A stretch of DNA of 52,430 nucleotides from Euryarchaeota archaeon RBG_19FT_COMBO_56_21. Lineage in GTDB: Archaea; Thermoplasmatota; Thermoplasmata; UBA10834. Made by a program: the position numbers and the translations under genes. Location of the stretch: positions 1 to 52,430 of the forward strand of contig MGWC01000001.1 of assembly GCA_001800815.1 (NCBI GenBank), written 5' to 3'. Shown piece after piece: positions 28,223 to 38,020 of the stretch; within the stretch, counting starts at the first letter, position 1; every line of letters begins with the position of its first letter. The notes under the pieces were generated by a model. The model did no database searches. It was not told the DNA's origin and saw only the letters and a program-made list of their open reading frames with translations.

Positions 28223-29947
28223 CTACTTCACTATGTCAACGTCCAGGATGTTAATAGGCTGCTCCTGGCCGAGCGGGTGCACATACCAGCCTGTCACATA
28301 GTTGTGTATCGCGAAGATCTGGTACCAGAATATGATCGGTGCCCAGGCCCCCTGCGTCAATAGCCTGATGTGTCCAGCTGTGGCGTTGTCAGAGAAATCC
28401 TTCTCCGTCTCCGCGTAGGTCCAGTTGGTGACATAGCCGTCGAAAACGTCGTCCATGTACCATCCGGTGTTCGAACCTCCAGCGGCCCATGTGCCGAAGT
28501 GCCAGTCGAGGATCTCCGCTCTCGGCCACGAGTACCAGAACAAGATGGCTTCCTGTTCTCCATCAGCCGCCTTGGCCCTCAGAGTTGTCTCCGCGTATTG
28601 CGCGAGATCCACATGGACTCCAACCGCCTGGAACTGGGTCTGCAGAATCTCTCCCATCGAAACGTCCTCGCCCTTGTTTGTAGTCCATAGATCCAGCGTC
28701 AGCTCAGCTCCCGCGGCATTCTCTAGCCATGCGTCGCTGTCTCTGTTGGTCCAGCCGGCCGCCGCGAACAGTGTGCTCGCCTTGGCGGGGTCATATGAAT
28801 AGTTGTATATCGCTGGAACCTTCGTCGACTCAGGCTCGATTGGCGACAGGTAGTTGACACCCTCCTCACCAATGCCGTGCCAAACCGTCTGCAGGATCTG
28901 CGTTCTGTTGATGGCGTAGCCGAACGCTTTTCTGAGGTCCGCATTCGTCCACGGAGTCTTGTTGCAGTTGAACTCTACGTGATATGTCCCCTGTCCGCGG
29001 CCCGAAATCACCGTCATCTCGGTGTTGGCCTCGTATGTCGGAACCTTGTTCGGTGGCACCTGCTGCAGGATATCGATCGCCCCGCTCTCAAAGCCGGCGA
29101 ATCTTGCTGCCTGGTCCGGTATCACCCTGTAGATGATCTTGTCGATCTTTGCGGGCCCCTTGTTTGTGTACCAGGAGGCTCCCCAGTTGTAGTCCTTGTT
29201 CTTCACAAGTGTGACATGATCGCCTGCGACCCACTCCTTGAGCTTGAACGGACCAGTCCCGATGACTTTGTGTCCGGCCGTTCCGTAGTTCTCAAGTCCG
29301 TCCGATTCAAGCGCGTCAGGACCCATCATCGAACCGTACAAGTGCGACAGGTTGAAGATCAACGCCACATCAACCCAAGTAAGGTTGAGCGTCATGTGGT
29401 AGTCATCCCTGCACCATATGCCCGCGTCCGGCCATCCGGTCTTGTTCTCGCAGCCATATATGGCCCAGAACTCGTACTGCACCCAGCTATCATCTTGGGC
29501 GTAGTAGTCGATGATCCTCCTGACCGCATCTGAGTCAAACGCCAATCCGTCATGGAACTTCACACCCTCCTTGAGCGTGATGTTGAATGTGGCGTTGTAC
29601 GGGTAACCCGTGCCTCTCATGTTCTTGAGCTCCCAAGACTCTGCAAGTCCTGGTACGTAGGCACCGGTCAGGTCCCTGGCGATCAAGGTCTCGTATATCA
29701 TGCCCGGAGGCCCATACATCGCACTCGTTTTCGCAGGGTCCATCGTCTCAACATCGGAGCTCATAGCGATAACGAGGACCTTACCCTCATCCGCATTGAA
29801 CAGACCTGCGGCCCATGCGCCGGCTACTGCGGCTATCACCAGTATGACCACGATTACGACTGCCCACAACATCTTGCTTTTCGGTCGAGCTGGCGAGCCG
29901 GCAGGTTGCGCTATCTCACTCTCTGGTTGCTTCTCAGAACTCCCCAC
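28223..29947 (-). CDS. ABC substrate-binding protein family 5 (OppA/DppA-like), N-terminal membrane anchor
   Basis: TMDP, YETL, PGLAESWE, GVKFHDG, GTGPFK, LRKAF.YAINR motifs. Confidence 0.93.
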   Translation of the reverse strand: MGSSEKQPESEIAQPAGSPARPKSKMLWAVVIVVILVIAAVAGAWAAGLFNADEGKVLVIAMSSDVETMDPAKTSAMYGPPGMIYETLIARDLTGAYVPGLAESWELKNMRGTGYPYNATFNITLKEGVKFHDGLAFDSDAVRRIIDYYAQDDSWVQYEFWAIYGCENKTGWPDAGIWCRDDYHMTLNLTWVDVALIFNLSHLYGSMMGPDALESDGLENYGTAGHKVIGTGPFKLKEWVAGDHVTLVKNKDYNWGASWYTNKGPAKIDKIIYRVIPDQAARFAGFESGAIDILQQVPPNKVPTYEANTEMTVISGRGQGTYHVEFNCNKTPWTNADLRKAFGYAINRTQILQTVWHGIGEEGVNYLSPIEPESTKVPAIYNYSYDPAKASTLFAAAGWTNRDSDAWLENAAGAELTLDLWTTNKGEDVSMGEILQTQFQAVGVHVDLAQYAETTLRAKAADGEQEAILFWYSWPRAEILDWHFGTWAAGGSNTGWYMDDVFDGYVTNWTYAETEKDFSDNATAGHIRLLTQGAWAPIIFWYQIFAIHNYVTGWYVHPLGQEQPINILDVDIVK

Positions 29948-30240
29948 CTACTTCCCTCCTTTGAGACAAGATACAGGATCCACACGAGAAACGTCTCTAC
30001 ACGTTCAGTTTCCTCTGGGGGTCCGCTCTTGTTTCTACGGGCTCCAAGATTGTGGTTATCCGTATATAAGGGAATCCCTGCAGCCGAAAACCTATCACGT
30101 TGCGCTGACTGTTGGACCCTGACTCTCCGTCGATGTCAGTACTCACAGCGTGCGAAAAAGAAACCATCTGAACCTGAAACAGAACAGCCGAAGCATTATG
30201 TGAAAGCGTGGGCATCCATGTGAAAACAGGAGGGCCTCGC

Positions 30241-30879
30241 ATGGAGATCGACGTCCACATGCATTCGCTCTACTCACCGGACTCCCGTTCCAAACCCGAG
30301 CTGATGGTGAAGCAAGCCATCGCCATCGGCCTCGGCGCAATAGCTGTAACGGATCACGACACTTGGGAAGGCGGCAGGGCGGCAGCCAAGCTGGCGGGAA
30401 ATGACACACTGATAATACCGGGCGCTGAGCTCAAGACGGAGAAGGGCGACCTTCTCGCCCTCTTTGTGGACGAGGCTATCACTGCCAGTACATTCGCGAG
30501 GAAGGTCGACGAGATACACGCGAAGGGAGGCGTTGCAATCGTGCCTCACCCGGGGGTTTCCCCAAGAATCACCCGCCTCGAGCTTTCAATGGTGGACGGG
30601 TACGAGTCCTTCAACGCGATTCTGAGCGCGTCGTCGAATCGCCGGTCTGTCGAGAAGGCATCCGGCCTGGGGAAGCCGGGCTTCGGCTCCTCGGACGCCC
30701 ACCTGGTGCGGGAGATCGGCAACGGGAGGACGGAGGTAGCGGACTGCGAGACTCTCGCCGATCTGCGAGAGGTTGTTCTCAAGAACCCGAGAGTGTCGCG
30801 GATGACAAGATCCAATCCAATTATTCATAGAACTAACGAAGCAATACTATTCGGAGTGAAAGGGATCTGGAAACGCTAG
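30241..30879 (+). CDS. PHP-domain metal-dependent phosphoesterase
   Basis: D.HMHS..SPD, TDHD, PG.E, HP, SDAH motifs. Confidence 0.9.
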   Translation: MEIDVHMHSLYSPDSRSKPELMVKQAIAIGLGAIAVTDHDTWEGGRAAAKLAGNDTLIIPGAELKTEKGDLLALFVDEAITASTFARKVDEIHAKGGVAIVPHPGVSPRITRLELSMVDGYESFNAILSASSNRRSVEKASGLGKPGFGSSDAHLVREIGNGRTEVADCETLADLREVVLKNPRVSRMTRSNPIIHRTNEAILFGVKGIWKR

Positions 30880-32243
30880 CCTGACGGTGACCGTTCGTCA
30901 GTCTTCTGCCTCAGAACTCGGACTTTCTGCTGCGGTCCAGAGACCTTCGACAGGAAATCCTCAATCTTGATGATCCTGGCATTAATCCTGGCAACATCCT
31001 CCTTGAGCGATGCTGCAGCCATGACCAATTCGTTCCGGATTTTCAGTTCCTGCTCCGAAGGCTGCGGAGTGAGCGCCAGCGGCGCGGGATCTGGATGCTG
31101 CAGAGCCTGTTCTTGCAGCTCTTTCACCCGTTGCTCGACGAACGCCTGAAGAGAGGCCGCGCTCTTGTCCAAAGAGTCCAGCTTGCTCAGAATATCCTGC
31201 GGCATCTCCATCTTGGGAGGCTCCCGCAGACCTATCTCCTTGATCTGCATCTGATGGGCATTCGCCATCTTCTCGATGTTCTCAAGGCGGACCTCGAGCT
31301 CTTTGGGGAATGCGATGGCGGGGTTTGCCCTAGACCCTCCGGCAAGCGCTGCGAAACCCTTGTCAATCTTCTTGTCGGAAGCCGAGAGGATCACAGCCAG
31401 CCCTTTGGATATCCTCTCGTCAATGCTCCTGTGGAATTCCTCAAGCGATTTCTTCATGGCGCTGTCGAGCTGCTCGAGTTTCTGCTCTTGGCTCTCGACT
31501 ATGCGAATGATATTGCTGAGGTCCCCGAGGCTCCTTGATATGTTCTCAAGCACCTCCCTGTCCCCAGGGGATGCCCTGCCTCCAGCGTCGGACACCTGGA
31601 AGTCTCTCAGCAGGTCGATCACCGCGGACAGGTCCGCCTCTGGTCCCGCCTTCTTGATCGCGTCCTTGATCGGTGCGAGCTTCGCCAGCTCCTGCTCGGC
31701 GAGTTCTAGGATCTCCTTGTTATCGACTTCAACATTCTCCAGTCCCTGCATTATCTTCTCGAGCTGGTCGGCGGCCTTCGCAATGCTGGATTTCTCAATC
31801 GCATCGATGTCTTTCACGGCGTCCTTCTTCCCCTTGGCGATTGCATCCGCAACTGCCGTCCCCTCATGCGGGAACAGGGGCACCATGTGAATGACCCCTG
31901 TCTTGATCTTGGCCTCGACATAGGAGTATTCACGGTCGTTGACTGTCACGGTCTGCTTGTCTGACTTGACGTAAAGAATCGCGATGCAGTCGTTGGGCAG
32001 AACGCAAACCTCGACATCAAAGCCTGAGCTCTTGGCTAGTGCCGGCAGGCGTTCCGGCTTCTCTTTCGATACGGCCGCAAGATAGGCCCCCAGATAGGAC
32101 GTCGCGTAGTTCTCAAGAGCCTTCTTGGCTGGGCGCATGGCCTTGGGGGGTGCGCTCTCCATGCGAATCTCAGCGGTATTATCCATTATGTTGTATTGAG
32201 CTTTTGCTTCAGAGGATGCAATCAGCGCAACCCAGGATATCAC
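30876..32243 (-). CDS. Hypothetical protein: N-terminal alpha/beta domain plus long coiled coil (true start probably 32189 or 32162)
   Basis: Long ORF with host-like codon usage filling the gap; heptad-rich E/K/L/I C-terminal two-thirds. Confidence 0.75.
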   Translation of the reverse strand: MISWVALIASSEAKAQYNIMDNTAEIRMESAPPKAMRPAKKALENYATSYLGAYLAAVSKEKPERLPALAKSSGFDVEVCVLPNDCIAILYVKSDKQTVTVNDREYSYVEAKIKTGVIHMVPLFPHEGTAVADAIAKGKKDAVKDIDAIEKSSIAKAADQLEKIMQGLENVEVDNKEILELAEQELAKLAPIKDAIKKAGPEADLSAVIDLLRDFQVSDAGGRASPGDREVLENISRSLGDLSNIIRIVESQEQKLEQLDSAMKKSLEEFHRSIDERISKGLAVILSASDKKIDKGFAALAGGSRANPAIAFPKELEVRLENIEKMANAHQMQIKEIGLREPPKMEMPQDILSKLDSLDKSAASLQAFVEQRVKELQEQALQHPDPAPLALTPQPSEQELKIRNELVMAAASLKEDVARINARIIKIEDFLSKVSGPQQKVRVLRQKTDERSPSG

Positions 32244-32361
32244 TCCTTCGGAGAACCCTTACAACCAACTGGCCCTCGTAGGAAAGGTTTATCTATTTAT
32301 AACTCAAATCGCATATTTGTCGAATACCGCCCCTTATCGATCATTCTAGGCTGGGATTGCT

Positions 32362-33189
32362 CTGAGCATCATAAAATCCAAACGATACATCAAGAAGGTC
32401 GCACTCGTCGGCGACTCATCGGTCGGCAAGACCTCCCTCATTAGGAGGTTTGTGATCGACGTATTCGATGACAAATACATCGCCACGATCGGTGCGAAGG
32501 TCAGCAAGAGAGATGTCGAGTACACGATGCCCGATAAAACGGTCTACCTCACGATAATGCTCTGGGACATTCTCGGACAGAAAGACTACAAGAAGATGAG
32601 ATTGCAGGGCCTGACGGGGGCGCACGGGGTAGTGCTGGTCACTGACCTAACTCGGCCTGAGACAATCAAGGCGGCCGTAGATTTCTGGCTCCCCGAGGTG
32701 AGCGAGATATGCCCGGCGGCTCCTGTGCTGCTCGTAGGCAACAAGTCCGACTTAGCCGGAGAAGTCAGTCCTGCCTCGACGCAATTGAACGAGATATCCG
32801 TCAAAGCGGAGATGCCCGTCATCTATTGCAGCGCCAAGACCGGTGCGAACGTCGAGCATGCCTTCAGGAGGATAGGAGAGCTGATGCTCTCCTCTGACCT
32901 CGGAGACAAGAAGGGCGGAGGGGATCTCACCGTTGCCTCACTCGCTCAAGCCATCGACGATGTGGTCAGTGATTTCTGCGAGCAGTACGGCGATACCCAG
33001 CGGGCGATGGAGGTCGTCGAAAGGGAGTTCAACAAGGCCAGGGTCAATGTGAATGCGCCGTCCAAGGACTCCCTTCTTATGGCGATAGAGTATTTGTCCG
33101 ACATTGAGAGGGACATCCACGGACGTGATGTCTCCGAAGTGAACAAGCTCAGGCGCTGGAAGATGATCGACGAGGCCAGAGGTGGCTGA
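32362..33189 (+). CDS. Rab/Ras-like small GTPase with C-terminal helical extension (non-canonical start)
   Basis: In frame upstream of the ORF-track start: KKVALVGDSSVGKTS (G1); then YIATIG (G2), WDILGQ (G3), NKSD (G4), CSAK (G5); start at CTG 32362 is a guess. Confidence 0.88.
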   Translation: MSIIKSKRYIKKVALVGDSSVGKTSLIRRFVIDVFDDKYIATIGAKVSKRDVEYTMPDKTVYLTIMLWDILGQKDYKKMRLQGLTGAHGVVLVTDLTRPETIKAAVDFWLPEVSEICPAAPVLLVGNKSDLAGEVSPASTQLNEISVKAEMPVIYCSAKTGANVEHAFRRIGELMLSSDLGDKKGGGDLTVASLAQAIDDVVSDFCEQYGDTQRAMEVVEREFNKARVNVNAPSKDSLLMAIEYLSDIERDIHGRDVSEVNKLRRWKMIDEARGG

Positions 33190-33221
33190 GAGTCGGTCTC
33201 TGTTTGTCGGGTGTGTTGTCG

Positions 33222-33818
33222 ATGAAGAAACAGCAGCTTGAGATAGGCCTTCAGAAACTGACTCCTCTCCCAAAGCAGTCTGCCAGGCTCGAGCAGTATG
33301 CGACACCTGCGCACGTCGCCGCTGATATGCTCTGGGAGGCCTACACGGCCGGAGACATCGAAGGCAAATCCATTGTGGACCTTGGCTGCGGGAACGGGAT
33401 ATTCGCCATCGGAGCGAAGATACTCGGCGCGAAGAGCGCACTAGGAGTTGATCTGGATCCAGAGGCAGTCAAGATCGCGAACGAGAACGCGGATGCACTG
33501 CAGCTAATCGTCGATTTCCAGGAAGGGGATGTGACCGAGGTTGGAGGCAGGTACGATACGGTCCTGCAGAACCCTCCGTTTGGCTCCCAAACCAAGAACG
33601 CGGATCGCGCGTTCATCAAAAAGGCGGTCGAACTCGCCCCTCGGGCTTACTCACTACACAATGACGGCACTGAGGACTTCGTCCAGCAGATGGTTTCCGC
33701 GCTGGGCGCGAGAGCAGTGCTGGTCAAAAAGTATAAATTCGAGATTCCATATGCGTTCGAATTCCACAGAAAGCCGATCGAGACGATTTCAGTGGTTCTC
33801 CTAAGGTTTGAGAGATAG
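33222..33818 (+). CDS. METTL5-like N6-adenine RNA methyltransferase
   Basis: LEQYATP, DLGCGNG SAM motif, NPPFG catalytic motif. Confidence 0.92.
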   Translation: MKKQQLEIGLQKLTPLPKQSARLEQYATPAHVAADMLWEAYTAGDIEGKSIVDLGCGNGIFAIGAKILGAKSALGVDLDPEAVKIANENADALQLIVDFQEGDVTEVGGRYDTVLQNPPFGSQTKNADRAFIKKAVELAPRAYSLHNDGTEDFVQQMVSALGARAVLVKKYKFEIPYAFEFHRKPIETISVVLLRFER

Positions 33819-34385
33819 GTGATTCAGCTGGCAAGAACTGGTAAGAGAGTGCTTCCGGGCGACGAGGTGGCGATTGCTGAGGAATACATGTCCGGAGAAG
33901 GCACCTACGAGATGGAAGGGAAGGTCTACGCGAGCACTGTCGGGGAGCTCGACCTGGACGCGAGAGAGAAGGTCGCGAAGATCATCCTTGACAACCCGCC
34001 CGTGGTGCTCCAGGAGGGCGATGTCGTCCTGGGAGAGGTTTCGGACACGAAGCCAGCCATGGCGATTGTGAGCATCTTGAAGCAAGAGGGCAGGGATCGG
34101 GATGTGTCGAGCGAGACCCTGGCGTCTGTACATGTTTCCAAGATATCGAGCTCGTACGTCGAGGACGCGGGCGACCTGATGAGACCAGGCGACCTCATCC
34201 GAGCCTCGGTCATACAGGCGGAGCCGTCGGTCCAACTGTCGACCGCGGGACCGCACTTCGGAGTGGTCAGGGCCCTGTGCGGGCGCTGCAGATCGCCCCT
34301 GGAACGCAAGGGCAGAAGTCTGTACTGCGACAAGTGCGACAGAACGGAGAATCGGAAGGTGGCGGACGACTACCGCAACTTCTAA
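33819..34385 (+). CDS. csl4: Exosome RNA-binding subunit Csl4
   Basis: VLPGD...EEY..GEGTY, S1 domain, C-terminal CxxC...CxxC zinc ribbon with E.RKVA. Confidence 0.93.
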   Translation: MIQLARTGKRVLPGDEVAIAEEYMSGEGTYEMEGKVYASTVGELDLDAREKVAKIILDNPPVVLQEGDVVLGEVSDTKPAMAIVSILKQEGRDRDVSSETLASVHVSKISSSYVEDAGDLMRPGDLIRASVIQAEPSVQLSTAGPHFGVVRALCGRCRSPLERKGRSLYCDKCDRTENRKVADDYRNF

Positions 34386-34447
34386 CCATATTGGGAAAAC
34401 CTCTTATCGCATGAGCTAGATAGAGCTATATCAGAAGGGGGGCAGGA

Positions 34448-34627
34448 TTGGCAGATGACAAAGAGCTCCTCGCTGAGATAGAGCGTCTCAGAGAGGACGT
34501 GAAACAGCTACGCGAAATTGTGAACGTGCTAGTGAACGTCGTCATGGAAGAGGACTTCGAAGAGGAGGACCCGGAGTTCCCCGCCAACACCCACGGCTTC
34601 GAGACGAACCTCAGATTGAACAACTGA
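34448..34627 (+). CDS. 59-aa acidic coiled-coil microprotein (below ORF-track cutoff)
   Basis: TTG start after purine-rich RBS; MADDKELLAEIERLREDVKQLREIVNVLVNVVMEEDFEEEDPEFPANTHGFETNLRLNN*; fills the csl4-glyA gap. Confidence 0.7.
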   Translation: MADDKELLAEIERLREDVKQLREIVNVLVNVVMEEDFEEEDPEFPANTHGFETNLRLNN

Positions 34628-34662
34628 TTCAAATACGGGCCCGCGAATCCCGTCTGGGGAAG

Positions 34663-35877
34663 ATGAAGAACACATACTTCTTAGATAGCATGCGGGCTCA
34701 AGAGAAGTGGAGGATGGAGGAGTCGATCAACCTCTTGCCCTCCGAGAACATGACGAGCCCGCAGGTGCGCGCGCTGCTGTCGTCCGACTTCGTCAACAGG
34801 TATACTCTGCCTGTCGAGGCCGAGTACGCCGGCGAGTACATGGAGAATTCCTACAGAGGCACGCGCATCACAACCGATGTCGAGCGGAAGTGCGAGCAGG
34901 TCTGCAGAGAGGTTTTCGGAGCGAGACACGCATGCGTGCAACCGCTTTCTGGACACATAGCGGCCATAATCACGATCGTCGCGACGACGAAACGCGGTGA
35001 TAAGGTCGCCTCCATATCGGACGAGTTCGGGGGCTACGACGGATACGCGCAGAAGTACATCCCCGACATTCTCGGGCTTAAGGCAGTCAAGCTGCCTTTC
35101 ACCGCTGACTCGTGGAACCTCGATGCCGAGAAGGCATCGCAAACGATTCGGAAAGAGAAGCCCAAGCTAGTGATCCTCGGAGCATCGCTGATCCTGTTCC
35201 CTTACGAGATCAGACCCGTTGCGGAGGCATGCAAGGATGTGGGTGCCACGCTCGCCTATGACGGCTCGCATGTACTTGGCTTGATTGCGGGGGGTGAGTT
35301 CCAGGAACCTCTCAAGGAAGGAGTGCAAATATTATACGGCTCTACGCATAAAAGTTTCTTCGGACCTCAGGGAGGGCTTATAGTAACGGACTCAAAGGAA
35401 CTGGACGGAGAGATCAGAAGGAATCTCACGTGGCGCGTGGTCGACAACATCCACTGGAACCGGGTGGCGTCGCTCGGACAGGCTCTCCTGGAGATGAAGA
35501 GGTTCGGCCCGCAGTACGCCAAGCAGGTCGTGAAGAACTCAAAGAGACTCGGCAAAGAGCTCAAAGAGAGGGGCTTCCCCATTATGTTTGAAGAACTCGG
35601 CTTCTCGCAATCTCACCAGCTGCTGATGGACAGAGGCGAGCTGAAAGCGATCTACGGCCTCACGATAAACGACTTCTCCATTAGGATGGAGAAGTCCAAC
35701 CTGATAATCGACGCTGTCGGGAGGCTCGGGACCGCGGAGATAACCAGACTCGGGCTCAAGGAGAAGGACATACCCGAGCTGGCGGACCTTTACATGGAAG
35801 CCGCAAAGGGAAGGAATGTCAGAGGCCAGGTCAAGGCCATGAGGGACAGATTCGATATGGCCTTCCGCATCAGATAA
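34663..35877 (+). CDS. glyA: Serine hydroxymethyltransferase (archaeal type)
   Basis: INLLPSEN, QPLSG, YDGSH..GLIAG, STHKSFFGPQGG PLP lysine, RLGT.E.TR. Confidence 0.88.
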   Translation: MKNTYFLDSMRAQEKWRMEESINLLPSENMTSPQVRALLSSDFVNRYTLPVEAEYAGEYMENSYRGTRITTDVERKCEQVCREVFGARHACVQPLSGHIAAIITIVATTKRGDKVASISDEFGGYDGYAQKYIPDILGLKAVKLPFTADSWNLDAEKASQTIRKEKPKLVILGASLILFPYEIRPVAEACKDVGATLAYDGSHVLGLIAGGEFQEPLKEGVQILYGSTHKSFFGPQGGLIVTDSKELDGEIRRNLTWRVVDNIHWNRVASLGQALLEMKRFGPQYAKQVVKNSKRLGKELKERGFPIMFEELGFSQSHQLLMDRGELKAIYGLTINDFSIRMEKSNLIIDAVGRLGTAEITRLGLKEKDIPELADLYMEAAKGRNVRGQVKAMRDRFDMAFRIR

Positions 35878-35912
35878 GCCATTAATATGGTCAGGGACCA
35901 TTCCACTCTCCT

Positions 35913-36917
35913 GTGAAAGAGAACAGGTACTCCAGGCAGACCCTTCTGCCCGAGATAGGGCCAGGGGGACAGAAGAAGCTCGAGAAGAGCAGGGCTGTCG
36001 TCATAGGGTGTGGTGCCCTCGGCACTAATGCTTTATCCTTCTTGGTAAGGGCAGGGGTAGGCCAGGTGCTGGTGGCGGACAGGGATATTGTTGACCTATC
36101 CAATCTTCAGAGACAGACTCTCTTCTCCGAACGGGACATCGGAAGGCCCAAGGCGAAGGTCGCCCAAGAGATCCTGCAGGAGATCAACTCTGATGTCGAA
36201 GTCGACGGACAGGTCGTTGACATCAGCCATGCCAATGTCGAGAAACTCGTCAAAGGTGCGACCGTAGTTCTCGACGCCACTGACAATATGGACACCCGAT
36301 TCCTGGTCAATGACGCGTGCGTGAAGCACGCTATACCGTGGGTGTACGCGGGCGCGGTCGGCGTGACAGGGATGGTAATGCCAGTCTTCCCGAAGGGGCC
36401 GTGTCTCAGGTGCGTCTTCCCCGCACTGCCTCAGCCCGGTCAGCTCCCGACTTGCGATACCGTCGGCATCGTCAACACACTACCCGCGGCTGTGGCCTCG
36501 CTGGAAGTGACGGAGGCATTCAAGATCATGCAGGGCAAAGAGCCCATGATGGGGCTTATGGTCCTAGACATCTGGCTCGGTGAATTCCAGAAGATCAATG
36601 TCAAGAAGAACCCCGCGTGTCAGACCTGTGCCAAACGGGACTTCAAGTACCTCGAAGCAAGGGAGAGGAAGTTCGCCGCCTCGCTCTGCGGCAGGAACGC
36701 TGTTCAGATCGTGCCTGCGAGAGAACTTCGTGGCGGCCTTTCGGACCTCAGGAAGCAGCTAGCCAAGCTAGGTGATGCGAAGGTTGTAGACGGCGTTCTC
36801 AGGTTCAAGTCGAAAGAGGCAGATCTGACAGTATTCGCCGATGGCAGGACGATTATAGCAGGCACCACAAACATAGCGAAGGCAAAGACAGTGTTCTCAA
36901 AGTACATCGGTGATTGA
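35913..36917 (+). CDS. ThiF/MoeB/E1-like adenylyltransferase
   Basis: RYSRQ, GCGALG, SNLQRQ, CLRC and CQTC zinc ligands, TCDT.G active-site region. Confidence 0.92.
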   Translation: MKENRYSRQTLLPEIGPGGQKKLEKSRAVVIGCGALGTNALSFLVRAGVGQVLVADRDIVDLSNLQRQTLFSERDIGRPKAKVAQEILQEINSDVEVDGQVVDISHANVEKLVKGATVVLDATDNMDTRFLVNDACVKHAIPWVYAGAVGVTGMVMPVFPKGPCLRCVFPALPQPGQLPTCDTVGIVNTLPAAVASLEVTEAFKIMQGKEPMMGLMVLDIWLGEFQKINVKKNPACQTCAKRDFKYLEARERKFAASLCGRNAVQIVPARELRGGLSDLRKQLAKLGDAKVVDGVLRFKSKEADLTVFADGRTIIAGTTNIAKAKTVFSKYIGD

Positions 36918-37544
36918 TTGCGCGGGCTCGTGCTGATGTCTGGAGGCATCGACTCTCCCGTGGCCGCTTACCTGATGGGAAAGCAGGGGTTGGAGCTGGT
37001 CCTAGTTCACTATGACAACAGACCATTCACCAGCGACGAGGAAGTCGACAAGGCAATCAGGTTGATGCGGAAGGTGGAAGAGGCCCTCGGAATGAAGACC
37101 ACCAAGGTGCTGGTGCCCCACGGGAAGGCCCAGACCGAGTTCGCAAGGTCGTGCAGAAGGAACATGGAGTGCGTTCTCTGCAGACGGATGATGTTCAGAG
37201 TGGCCGAGCGGCTTGCAAAGAGATATTCCGCGGAATGCATCGTCACCGGAGAATCACTCGGCCAAGTCGCGTCACAGACCCTGGCCAACATCAACGTAGA
37301 GGAGAAGGCAACTTCGCTGCCGATACTCAGGCCCCTGATCGGCTTCGACAAAGTGGAGATCGAGAGGATAGCGAAGAAGATCGGCACCTACGAGATATCG
37401 ATCCTGCCGGGGCTGTGTTGCACGATCGCGCCGAAGAAACCATCGACCTACGCGAAGATAGCCGATGCGGTCGAACAGGAGGCGAACGTGGACCTCGAGA
37501 AGCTGGCCCAAGACGCGTTCAGCGGCGCGGTGGAGATCGAATGA
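36918..37544 (+). CDS. ThiI-like PP-loop sulfurtransferase, catalytic domain only (no THUMP)
   Basis: SGGIDSPVA, C..CRR, TGESLGQVASQT..N, RPLIG.DK.EI, IGTYE.S, CC. Confidence 0.85.
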   Translation: MRGLVLMSGGIDSPVAAYLMGKQGLELVLVHYDNRPFTSDEEVDKAIRLMRKVEEALGMKTTKVLVPHGKAQTEFARSCRRNMECVLCRRMMFRVAERLAKRYSAECIVTGESLGQVASQTLANINVEEKATSLPILRPLIGFDKVEIERIAKKIGTYEISILPGLCCTIAPKKPSTYAKIADAVEQEANVDLEKLAQDAFSGAVEIE

Positions 37545-38020
37545 AAGGATACGTGCTCGACACTTCTGTGCTCTACTATGGCAAGGACCTCCCCGCGGGA
37601 TATGAATTGGTAATCACTCCCGGAGTGGTGAACGAGCTGGACAAGGAGGATATGGGGACCAGGCTGGAACTGCTGCTCGCAACGCGCGTGAGAGTATCCT
37701 CGCCTTCTGAAAGGTCGCTGAAGAGGATAGAGATAGAAGCGGATAGGACGGGCGATTCGCGCAGGCTTTCCCAGACCGATAGAGAGATACTCGCTCTCGC
37801 CCTCGACCTTGGCTACGAGCTGATGACAGACGATTACTCGGTCCAGAATATCGCGAAAGTGATGGGCATTCCATGCAGAGGATTGGATCAGAAAGGCATT
37901 ACGGAGATCTTCGAATGGCAGGCCAAGTGCAGGGGATGCGGAAAACTGTTCCCCGCAGATGTGCACGTGTGCGACGTCTGCGGGAGTGAGACAAAGACGA
38001 AAAGGAAGAGGAAAAGTTAG
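37541..38020 (+). CDS. nob1: Nob1-like PIN endonuclease with zinc ribbon
   Basis: YVLDTS, LSQTD, TDDYSVQN, CRGC...CDVCGS; ATGA overlap at 37541. Confidence 0.9.
   Translation: MKGYVLDTSVLYYGKDLPAGYELVITPGVVNELDKEDMGTRLELLLATRVRVSSPSERSLKRIEIEADRTGDSRRLSQTDREILALALDLGYELMTDDYSVQNIAKVMGIPCRGLDQKGITEIFEWQAKCRGCGKLFPADVHVCDVCGSETKTKRKRKS

Noticed and set aside
23320-29947. Opp transporter as importer of an opine metallophore (staphylopine-like system)
   Set aside because: It lies outside the tRNA repeat, is convergent with the operon, and there is no nicotianamine-synthase-like gene; adjacency is likely due to the insertion site, though not excluded
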